From positions 30,583-94,582 of the IMG/VR virus record IMGVR_UViG_3300036823_000120: a DNA stretch of 64,000 bases. One strand, written 5' to 3'. The position numbers and the translations under genes are program-made. Source of the stretch: a virus. Within the stretch, counting starts at the first letter, position 1. Each line of letters starts with the position of its first letter. Below the pieces are notes generated by a model that saw nothing but the letters and a program-made list of their open reading frames with translations, was not told the origin of the DNA and did not search any database. This document shows, piece by piece, positions 25,660 through 33,587 of the stretch.

Positions 25660-25803
25660 CGGCTCGCTCCACCGACCAGCATCGCCCTGGCGAGCCGTTT
25701 GGCGGCTCTCACGTCGCCCAAACGGGGCGAACGCGATCGAGTCTGAAGATCGGGCCGGGCGAGACGATCGACGGGCAGACGCGAGCTAATGAGCCGGTCT
25801 CTC
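25657..25803. other. GC-rich non-coding island between the divergent elements
   Basis: 83 of 120 bases at 25661-25780 are G/C. Contains inverted repeats CGGCTCGC/GCGAGCCG and TCGCCC/GGGCGA. Confidence 0.7.
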
Positions 25804-25912
25804 GATTGTTGTTCATGTTGCGATTTAGACTACTACTATATGAAGGAATTAAAATGAAATTTGAATGGGTCATAGAGTAGTATATAGGAAGTAAATGAAG
25901 AACAACACGATT

Positions 25913-25962
25913 CCGGACTATTTTGGGATTTTTGGCCGTAACTGCGGTCATATAGGTAGAGG
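25913..25962 (+). promoter_or_regulatory. conserved arm-head element, copy 2 (rightward)
   Basis: TATTTTGGGATTTTTGGCCGTAACTGCGGTCATA, inverted relative to copy 1. Confidence 0.7.
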
Positions 25963-26020
25963 AACCACAACATCACTAATCGTGAAAATACCAAACAATT
26001 GTTAGAATGACAATAAAAAC

Positions 26021-26212
26021 AGCTTATGAGCCTTATTTTAGCTTATCAGGTATGCTTATGAGCCTTATTTTAGCTTATCAGGTATGCTTATGAGCCTTAT
26101 TTTAGCTTATCAGGTATGCTTATCAGATATGCTTATCAGGTATGCTTATGAGCTTTATTTTAGCTTATCAGGTATGCTTATGAGCCTTATTTTAGCTTAT
26201 GAGACTTATTTT
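26021..26212. repeat. 32-bp tandem array (iteron-like) upstream of the primase-helicase
   Basis: Unit gcttatgagccttattttagcttatcaggtat, about 5-6 full or partial copies. Confidence 0.9.
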
Positions 26213-26235
26213 TACAAACTGAATAAGGTGAACTA

Positions 26236-28983
26236 ATGAATCCTATGCGTTGTGAAGCAATTGCACGCTTATTGATTGCAAAAACACATCCAGACCTTGC
26301 TAAGCTTTACACGCCTGAGATGGAAGTACAAGTTCTTGCTGCTAAAGATGATGGTGAGATGATTAAAGAACCAGGCTTTCAAGGTAAGGAATGGAGAGCT
26401 TTTACAGATGGCTTTAACACATGGAAATCAATAAGAATTCCATATAAAGCTAACACAGAACCTGAATATGAAGATAAGCCAATAAGCTTTTCACTTGAAC
26501 ATCATGCTGAAGGTATTGGCATGACTGGTTGGAATTGGAAGAAAAGAACATCTCAATGGGTAGCTTATGACTTCGATGCAATTGTCGGACACTCTGATAA
26601 GCACTCTAAAAAGCTTACAGATAAGGAACTTGAAGAAGTCACAGAGCAACTTAAGAGGATTCCATTTTCCACTTTACGCTTATCAACGTCTGGAAAGGGC
26701 TTACATCTCTATGTATTTCTTGATTCCATTCCTACTGCTAATCACACTGAACATGCTGCTCTTGCTCGTAGTGTCTTAAGTATGCTTAGCGGTATGGTTG
26801 GAGCAGATTTCACCACAAGAGTAGATATTTGTGGTGGAAATATGTGGGTATGGCATCGTAAAATGTATACATCATATGTATTACATAAAGATAACATAAG
26901 CTTTGGTGATAAGAATCAAGGTCTTAAGCTTATTAAGCAAGGTGAAGTGTTAAAAGAAGTTCCAGCTAATTGGCGTGATCATGTTCCCGTTATATCTCGC
27001 ACATGTAAAACAACTATACCTTCATTTGTATATGATTTAAATACAACTGATCCCGATAAGCTTTTCACAGAGTTGTCTAGTCAACGTCCTAAAACTCCAC
27101 TTGATCTAGAGCATAAAAAGCTTATAGAATGGTTATCGCACAATAATTGTCGCTGGTGGTGGGATAATGATAACTGGATGCTTGTAACTCACACATATCA
27201 CTTAAAAGAAGCCCATCTTGCTTTAAAAATGAGAGGTAAATACGAAACTTTAGCGACTGGAAGTGAAAGAGGAGGAGATCACAATGCATTTTGTTTTCCT
27301 GTGCGTGGCGGAGCTTGGGCTATACGCCGTTATTCTCTAGGAGTTAAAGAAGCTGATACATGGGAACAAGATGGTTCCAGATGGACGAGATGCTACATCA
27401 ACAGGGATATTGACCTGTCTTTAGCTGCTAGAATGTATGATGGAGTAGAACATGAAAAAGGTGGTTTCATCTTTAGAGATGCTGAATCAGCCGTAAAAGC
27501 TTTGTCAGAAGTTGGAGTTAATTTTGACCCACTACCAGCTTGGATTACTGGCAGAAAAACAATTTTAAAGCCAGTTAGAGGCGATAATAAGCTTTTGGTG
27601 ACAATTGAAGCAGAAGAAGGCAAGGACGATGCAACAAAGATGTCAGGATGGTATATTGAAAAGAAGTTTTGGCGAAGAATTTTTAGAGTAGATCTTCCTA
27701 CAGTACCAAGTGGAGATAACAAAGAAGATTATAATGATTTAATTCGCCATGTAAGTAACGAAGAAGGTGCAGATGCTGGGTGGATGCTTAGGCGAGAAGG
27801 ACATTGGTGTGATGAACCAATCGAACACATTAAAATTGTACTTAGAAGTATGGACCAAGATCAGCGATCTATTGATCAAATCCTAGGCGGATCAATTATT
27901 AATGCTTGGAAGCTAGTAAATCATCCTTTTCAGCCAGAATATCCAGGAAATCGTGAATGGAATCGTGATGCTGCACGCTTTATAGTTGCTCCAACAGCCG
28001 ATGCTGAGCAACTTAGCTATCCAACATGGCAAAAAGTCCTTGAAAATTGCGGTAAAGGTCTTGATTACGATATAAAAGATCATGTATGGTGTAAAGAAAA
28101 TAGTATAAGCAATGGTGCCGATTACTTAAAGCTTTGGTTAGCATGTATGTTCAAGTTCCCTGATCGTCCTACACCATATTTGGCCTTTTGGGGCGATCAG
28201 GATAGCGGAAAAAGCACATTTCACGAAATGTTAAATTTGCTTTTTGAAGGCGGTACAATGGGTGCTGATACTGCACTCACATCAAAGGAAGGCTTTAATG
28301 GTGAATTACTATCTGCAATTCTATGTATAGTTGAAGAAACTAGCATGAAAGGTAGCACATTAGCTAATAGAAGAATCAAAGATTGGGTAACAAGCCCTTA
28401 CATCACGATTCACGCAAAGAACTGTACTCCATATCGTGCAAAAAATTACACGCATTGGATACAAACAGCTAATGAACAAGAAGATTGTCCAGTATTTCCT
28501 GGAGATACAAGAATTACGTTAATTCATGTATCTGAATTACAAAAAGATAAAATGATCCCAAAAGACGAATTACGAACATTGCTCCAAAAAGAGGCTCCTG
28601 ATTTCTTAGCAAGTGTCCTTGCTATTGAAATTCCTAAGTCAAATAGTCGTCTAGCGCTCCCAATTATTGAAACTTCTGATAAAAAGAGACTTGAACAGAA
28701 AAATATGTCTCTTATTGAGCAATTTATCTTAGAAGAAGTTGCTTGTGTAGATGGTTATTTAATTGCTGCAACTGAATTTCACGAGAAATTTAGTTGTTGG
28801 GTTGATGACAAGGAACGTGGAAATTGGTCAAAGACCAAAATTGGTCGAGAGTTACCTAATAAGTTTCCTCGGGGTCGTATTGGTAATTCCAACGAAACTG
28901 GTTATGGGAATATGACGTTCGATAAAGAAGCCAAACCCGCCAGAAAACTTATTTTAAAAGGTATGTACTTACGCCCGGAGTAA
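26236..28983 (+). CDS. primase-helicase (AEP-like N-terminus plus SF3/D5-like P-loop)
   Basis: YDFD and STSGKGLHLY, then Walker A GDQDSGKST, IVEE, TAN, GDTR. Confidence 0.88.
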   Translation: MNPMRCEAIARLLIAKTHPDLAKLYTPEMEVQVLAAKDDGEMIKEPGFQGKEWRAFTDGFNTWKSIRIPYKANTEPEYEDKPISFSLEHHAEGIGMTGWNWKKRTSQWVAYDFDAIVGHSDKHSKKLTDKELEEVTEQLKRIPFSTLRLSTSGKGLHLYVFLDSIPTANHTEHAALARSVLSMLSGMVGADFTTRVDICGGNMWVWHRKMYTSYVLHKDNISFGDKNQGLKLIKQGEVLKEVPANWRDHVPVISRTCKTTIPSFVYDLNTTDPDKLFTELSSQRPKTPLDLEHKKLIEWLSHNNCRWWWDNDNWMLVTHTYHLKEAHLALKMRGKYETLATGSERGGDHNAFCFPVRGGAWAIRRYSLGVKEADTWEQDGSRWTRCYINRDIDLSLAARMYDGVEHEKGGFIFRDAESAVKALSEVGVNFDPLPAWITGRKTILKPVRGDNKLLVTIEAEEGKDDATKMSGWYIEKKFWRRIFRVDLPTVPSGDNKEDYNDLIRHVSNEEGADAGWMLRREGHWCDEPIEHIKIVLRSMDQDQRSIDQILGGSIINAWKLVNHPFQPEYPGNREWNRDAARFIVAPTADAEQLSYPTWQKVLENCGKGLDYDIKDHVWCKENSISNGADYLKLWLACMFKFPDRPTPYLAFWGDQDSGKSTFHEMLNLLFEGGTMGADTALTSKEGFNGELLSAILCIVEETSMKGSTLANRRIKDWVTSPYITIHAKNCTPYRAKNYTHWIQTANEQEDCPVFPGDTRITLIHVSELQKDKMIPKDELRTLLQKEAPDFLASVLAIEIPKSNSRLALPIIETSDKKRLEQKNMSLIEQFILEEVACVDGYLIAATEFHEKFSCWVDDKERGNWSKTKIGRELPNKFPRGRIGNSNETGYGNMTFDKEAKPARKLILKGMYLRPE

Positions 28984-29243
28984 TGATGACGCCTTACAAT
29001 CAGTTTATAGATATGCTTAACAAGGCAGGATATATACTTGTTAAAGGAACGACTTATATCAATATCAAAGACAAAGAATATGTGATTGATCGAGGGATGC
29101 CCGGCATCATTTTTGTCAGCCTTGGAAAAGGACTAATGGGAACAGAAAATGCTTATACAAATTTAGATTTTGACGCAAACACAGGAGAATTCCTTGACCA
29201 TTCAAGTCGATTCGACGAGGGAATTGTTTCAAATGAATTATAG
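28983..29243 (+). CDS. hypothetical protein
   Basis: TAATG coupling to the primase gene. Confidence 0.65.
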   Translation: MMTPYNQFIDMLNKAGYILVKGTTYINIKDKEYVIDRGMPGIIFVSLGKGLMGTENAYTNLDFDANTGEFLDHSSRFDEGIVSNEL

Positions 29244-29279
29244 TCAACTTTAGGAACCTATTAATCTTAAGGATAACAA

Positions 29280-29849
29280 ATGCGTAAAGTCATTGGGATA
29301 GGACATCAAAAGGGAGTTGGCAAAGATCATTTTGTTAATTATTGTTTTGATGTCTTACGTACAGAGACTCGTAAGCTTAAGATTGTACGACGTGGATTTG
29401 CTGATAAGCTTTATCAGTTTCTTCATAGTACATATGCTTGGGCAGGTTTTCGAGAGAAAACTTATTATGACGAAAAGCCTGAACGAAAGAACGAAGTCCT
29501 AAAGAATGGTAAAACTCCTCGTCAAATGCTTATTGATGTAGGAACACCTGTTATGCGTGCCTATGATAATGATATTTGGATTAATGCTTGTCTAAAAGAT
29601 GAAGATTATGACATTTTATTTGTAACTGATCTTCGTTTTCCAAATGAATTTATAGCTATAGAAGAAATGGGAGGTTATTTGATACGTATTATACGTCCTG
29701 GATTACCTATTCCAACTGATGTAGCTGATACTGCTCTAAACGGATGGGAAGAACGATGGAAGTTCACATTCCAAAATAACGAAGATAAAAAGAAGCTTTA
29801 CACTTTAGCTGAAGCTTTTACATTGACTCATATTTTGGAAAGAAAATAA
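29280..29849 (+). CDS. deoxynucleoside monophosphate kinase
   Basis: GHQKGVGKD, FADKL, TPRQML..VGT, TDLRFPNE. Confidence 0.88.
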   Translation: MRKVIGIGHQKGVGKDHFVNYCFDVLRTETRKLKIVRRGFADKLYQFLHSTYAWAGFREKTYYDEKPERKNEVLKNGKTPRQMLIDVGTPVMRAYDNDIWINACLKDEDYDILFVTDLRFPNEFIAIEEMGGYLIRIIRPGLPIPTDVADTALNGWEERWKFTFQNNEDKKKLYTLAEAFTLTHILERK

Positions 29850-30751
29850 TGTCAGATGATATCCTTGGAATGCTTATGGGCATGAATGATGAAAAGGAAG
29901 TTCGAGAAACTTATCTTAGACTTCCTTTTGGTTATCCAGGTTCAAAAGCTAATGAATTGCACAATATTTTGCCTCACTTACCTTATACAGACAAGTATGC
30001 AGAACCATTTGGTGGCTCTGGAATTGTTCTACTGAATCGAAAACCATCAAAGTTAGAGGTTTTCAATGATAGGTATGCCGGAGTTACTTGCTTCTTCCGG
30101 GTTATCCGAGATCCAATTCTCAGGGAACAGCTTATTGAGCGACTTGCCATTACTCTTCACTCACGAGAAGAGTTCTGTTGGTGTAAGTCAACATGGAAAG
30201 ACCATGCTGATCCTGTTGAGAGAGCGGCAAGATGGTTCTACACAATTAGATATGCGGTCAATAGTAAGCCAACATCAACATTCGGTCGCTCACTCACTGC
30301 CAAGGCGAGTTTTGCACACAAGCTCCCAATTTCACTTGAGCTTTTTCTCCCGGTTTCTGTTCGACTTGAAAGAGTGCAGATCGAGAATTTGGATTGGAGA
30401 TTATGTCTAAGGGACTACGATCAAGAAGGAATGGTTTGGTACTTAGATCCAAGTTATCTTGGTACTCAAGGTAATTATGAATTCGAACTTACTAGAGCCG
30501 ATCATATTGAACTTTGTGATCGTGTACATAATCTTAAAGGTTATGTTGCTTTAAGTGGTTTCGATAATGACTTAACAAATGAGATATATGGACGTTACAA
30601 ATGGAAAGAAGTTTTTGCTTGGAAACGCCAAACTAGAGCTTTGACACAAAGTTTTAGTGACACGAATAATCTTGAAGGTTATGAGGGTGACACGGAACGT
30701 GGTGTGAAATCACATGTCAAAGAGGCTTTATGGTTAAAGGACTTCAAATGA
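29849..30751 (+). CDS. Dam-like (D12 class) DNA adenine methyltransferase
   Basis: YPGSK, EPFGGSG, VFND, YLDPSY. Confidence 0.88.
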   Translation: MSDDILGMLMGMNDEKEVRETYLRLPFGYPGSKANELHNILPHLPYTDKYAEPFGGSGIVLLNRKPSKLEVFNDRYAGVTCFFRVIRDPILREQLIERLAITLHSREEFCWCKSTWKDHADPVERAARWFYTIRYAVNSKPTSTFGRSLTAKASFAHKLPISLELFLPVSVRLERVQIENLDWRLCLRDYDQEGMVWYLDPSYLGTQGNYEFELTRADHIELCDRVHNLKGYVALSGFDNDLTNEIYGRYKWKEVFAWKRQTRALTQSFSDTNNLEGYEGDTERGVKSHVKEALWLKDFK

Positions 30752-30975
30752 ATGGTTTTAAGTGCGTAGAGTGTCAATCACTGTTTCCTGAAGCTGTAAT
30801 TTTGGAACATGCTGTAAGGTTGAGATTAGATGTCAACCATTTAAAGTGCCCAGTTTGTGGCTGTCAATTCACAGATGAAAAACTTGGTCAAGAGTTTCAT
30901 GGCCAAAGTAACTCGCCCTCAATTCGTGAATGTAGTTGGACTAATCCAAGTACCGCTTCACCTGACGACCGATAG
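30730..30975 (+). CDS. small zinc-finger protein
   Basis: CVEC...CPVC. Confidence 0.5.
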   Translation: MVKGLQMNGFKCVECQSLFPEAVILEHAVRLRLDVNHLKCPVCGCQFTDEKLGQEFHGQSNSPSIRECSWTNPSTASPDDR

Positions 30976-30982
30976 GAGCAAT

Positions 30983-31558
30983 ATGTCTGGTGGTAAAAAC
31001 ATTGACGAACTTGGACCATACACACGACCACGCTCATTGACAAAAGTTCACTTCATGAGCTTTTATCCAAACGAAATCAAGATTGATGATATTAGTTATC
31101 ACTTGGCACGGGCAGGTCGATTTGGCAATGCTATCGAACCTTGGTATAGTGTTGCAGAACATTCTGTAATGATGGCAAATATATTCATTGAACGGGATGA
31201 TGACTTAGTTCTTGCTCGTCAAGCTTTGATGCACGATGCTGCGGAATATTTATTTACAGATCTTCCAGCACCAATCAAGAAATTCTGCAAAGACTATGAA
31301 AACTTAATAGATAACTTTGAAGCCAAGCTTATGGACCACTTTGGTGTTCAGTTTCCGTATGATCCAAAGATAAAGAATCTTGATAAGATCATGTGTTCGA
31401 CTGAACAGTTAATATTACGTGGACATGAGCCAGATACATATGACGATATTAAGCCAGATGAAAATATGTTCTTTCATTTGTGGCCGTGGCAAAAAGCTCA
31501 AAATGAATTTCAAATAATGTTTCAATATCTCTTTCCTGATTATAAGGATACTGAATAA
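30983..31558 (+). CDS. HD-domain 5'-deoxynucleotidase (YfbR-like)
   Basis: AGGAG RBS at ATG 30983. RFG...YSVAEHS...ALMHDAAE..TDLPAPIK. Confidence 0.88.
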   Translation: MSGGKNIDELGPYTRPRSLTKVHFMSFYPNEIKIDDISYHLARAGRFGNAIEPWYSVAEHSVMMANIFIERDDDLVLARQALMHDAAEYLFTDLPAPIKKFCKDYENLIDNFEAKLMDHFGVQFPYDPKIKNLDKIMCSTEQLILRGHEPDTYDDIKPDENMFFHLWPWQKAQNEFQIMFQYLFPDYKDTE

Positions 31559-32226
31559 TGAGCGAAGAAGAATTCAGAAAACCTAGTAAAATAACTTCTG
31601 CAAATAAAACTTTTTGGGGAATGAACCATCTTAATGGCAACTTGCTTTGTGCAGTTGATGTTGAAACAACTGGTACTGACCCCAATATTCATGGAATTGT
31701 TGAAATTGCCATATTGCCTTTGAATGGTAATCTTGAACCACATGAACATTTTCCTCTCTTTCACATGCGAATGAAGCCTGAAGAAGGAGAAGAAATTGAT
31801 GAAGAAGCTTTTAAAATCAATCAAACTGATTTAGCAGATTTAATTCTTACAGGATTTCCAAGAGAGACTGTAGCTGATTTTTTAATGAATTGGTTTGAAA
31901 CTCTTGGACTTATTAAATACAAGAAAATTATGGCTCTTGGTTGTAATTGGCCATTCGATAGAGCTATGCTTGAAAGATGGGTTGGAAAAGAAAGCTTTGA
32001 GCATGTTTTTGATGTACGATATAGAGATGTGCAAGTAGCAGCTAATTTTCTAAATGATTGTGCCGATGTAAGATGTGAACAAGTACCATTTTCAAAGGTT
32101 AATTTAAAGTATCTTTGTAGTACACTTAAAGTTGAAAATCCACGGGCACATAGTGCGATTGGCGATTGTCTCGCAACCGCACAGATATATAGAAAATTGC
32201 TTAATATGCGGCCAGGATTACTGTGA
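31558..32226 (+). CDS. DEDDh 3'-5' exonuclease (DnaQ-like)
   Basis: VDVETTG, CNWPFD, AHSAIGD. Confidence 0.9.
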   Translation: MSEEEFRKPSKITSANKTFWGMNHLNGNLLCAVDVETTGTDPNIHGIVEIAILPLNGNLEPHEHFPLFHMRMKPEEGEEIDEEAFKINQTDLADLILTGFPRETVADFLMNWFETLGLIKYKKIMALGCNWPFDRAMLERWVGKESFEHVFDVRYRDVQVAANFLNDCADVRCEQVPFSKVNLKYLCSTLKVENPRAHSAIGDCLATAQIYRKLLNMRPGLL

Positions 32227-32754
32227 TGCATAGAAAGAATTGATTAGATCAGTAAAATCAGAGGCAGTGACTTCACTTGAAATCCTGCCTCTCCAGTTCC
32301 AACCATAGTTTTGCATTGTACTACAATCAGTTTCCATATTATTAAAAACAGTGTTCAAAAGTATTTGAAATTTTGAGCCACCATCTGGGTCAGCATCGGC
32401 AGCTTTTTGTCCAAGTAAAGCATCTCCAAAGAAATTCAACTCAAACTTCGACCATTGCCAAAACAAATCCCTTAAAGTTTGCATTGAATCAGCATATCCA
32501 GGAGGAGGCCAACTGATTGATTGATGGCCCTGATCACCAGTAACTCCATAGGCTTTACTGACAATAAAAATAATACAAACTTTAGGTCCAAAGAATTGTG
32601 CATGGAATGGTGTAATGCCAGCTAAAGGATTTGTTAATGTTTGTGGAATAAAGCAATAATATTGACTTGGTCTATTACTATTTCTTTCATGATAATAATT
32701 TTCAAGTCCTACTGCAACTTGACTCCACATTTGAGATGTTGAAACTATTGCCAT
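32218..32754 (-). CDS. hypothetical protein, last gene of the tail arm
   Basis: GAGG RBS and 178-aa ORF. Confidence 0.7.
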   Translation of the reverse strand: MAIVSTSQMWSQVAVGLENYYHERNSNRPSQYYCFIPQTLTNPLAGITPFHAQFFGPKVCIIFIVSKAYGVTGDQGHQSISWPPPGYADSMQTLRDLFWQWSKFELNFFGDALLGQKAADADPDGGSKFQILLNTVFNNMETDCSTMQNYGWNWRGRISSEVTASDFTDLINSFYASQ

Positions 32755-32761
32755 TTTATCC

Positions 32762-33367
32762 TCAACATTGATTCACATCATCACAAACCCAATATACTCC
32801 TTGTGTATTTGGATTTGGTGCATGTCCTGGACTTCCTCCACAAATCATACTTGTATCATAAAAGCCTGATGCTGCATTAATTGAAAGTTGAGTATAGTTA
32901 CATTCCGGAGAGCAATCACAACTATTTGGACTACCACCTTTAGTACCACAAAAGACAGAAACATGTGATTGACCACTTCCAGATATACAAGTCCAATTAA
33001 CATAAAAATAAGCGCAATCCAAAAAGCCACCCATAGGCTGTGAATCAAGCATCTCACATCTTAAAGATGGTCTTGGGCCCGGCGGTGGAGGTGGCGGAGG
33101 TACACCACCACCCCAATCTGTTGTGTTAATTACTGCATCATCAAAATAAAAACGTACCATCTTTGGAATTGACATCAAAGGATAATTACTCCACTCTGTT
33201 ACAGGTGGAGCAGAATACGTTTGAGTTGTATCAGCATTAGGAGACCAGTAAATCGGGATCTTCCCGTTTGCGAAGTTGTGGTAACACACCAACAAATCCG
33301 GTGGGGAGGACGAGGGAGATTTGGGTTGTCCGAGATTGTGGTTCGTCGGGAGCATCACAATTCTCAC
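32762..33367 (-). CDS. Cys/Pro-rich hypothetical protein
   Basis: Poly-Pro linker and Cys-rich C-terminal domain. Start is uncertain. Confidence 0.65.
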   Translation of the reverse strand: MRIVMLPTNHNLGQPKSPSSSPPDLLVCYHNFANGKIPIYWSPNADTTQTYSAPPVTEWSNYPLMSIPKMVRFYFDDAVINTTDWGGGVPPPPPPPGPRPSLRCEMLDSQPMGGFLDCAYFYVNWTCISGSGQSHVSVFCGTKGGSPNSCDCSPECNYTQLSINAASGFYDTSMICGGSPGHAPNPNTQGVYWVCDDVNQC

Positions 33368-33587
33368 AATCTTTTATACTTGTTGTCCGGTAAAACTTTA
33401 AGCACCACCAAAGAAAGCCTTGTACCTTACTACAAGGCTTTACTTTACCAATAAATTTTCTTGATAAGCATACTTGAGGAAATTTTGGAACAAATTTACC
33501 TGGTTCATCACCAGGTCTATAGTTTTTAAGAACCGGGATAATTTCTCCCGGCTCAAAGTAAATGTTACCATCTACATCAACTCTCAT
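33237..33587 (-). CDS. hypothetical protein, possible metal-binding tail-tip protein
   Basis: Coupled to the hub stop codon. Carries five Cys including CENC. Confidence 0.6.
   Translation of the reverse strand: MRVDVDGNIYFEPGEIIPVLKNYRPGDEPGKFVPKFPQVCLSRKFIGKVKPCSKVQGFLWWCLKFYRTTSIKDCENCDAPDEPQSRTTQISLVLPTGFVGVLPQLRKREDPDLLVS

Noticed and set aside
25596-25951. ORFs across the divergent control region
   Set aside because: They translate the repeated regulatory element and GC island (TAVTxKNPKI also appears at 63146..63331) and have no protein-like features.
26021-26212. CRISPR array
   Set aside because: Units are contiguous with no unique spacers, and no cas operon is present.
30983-31558. 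2-aminoadenine (Z-genome) pathway suggested by an HD hydrolase plus Pol A
   Set aside because: No PurZ/adenylosuccinate-synthetase-like gene is seen in the window. The HD protein fits a generic YfbR-like nucleotidase.
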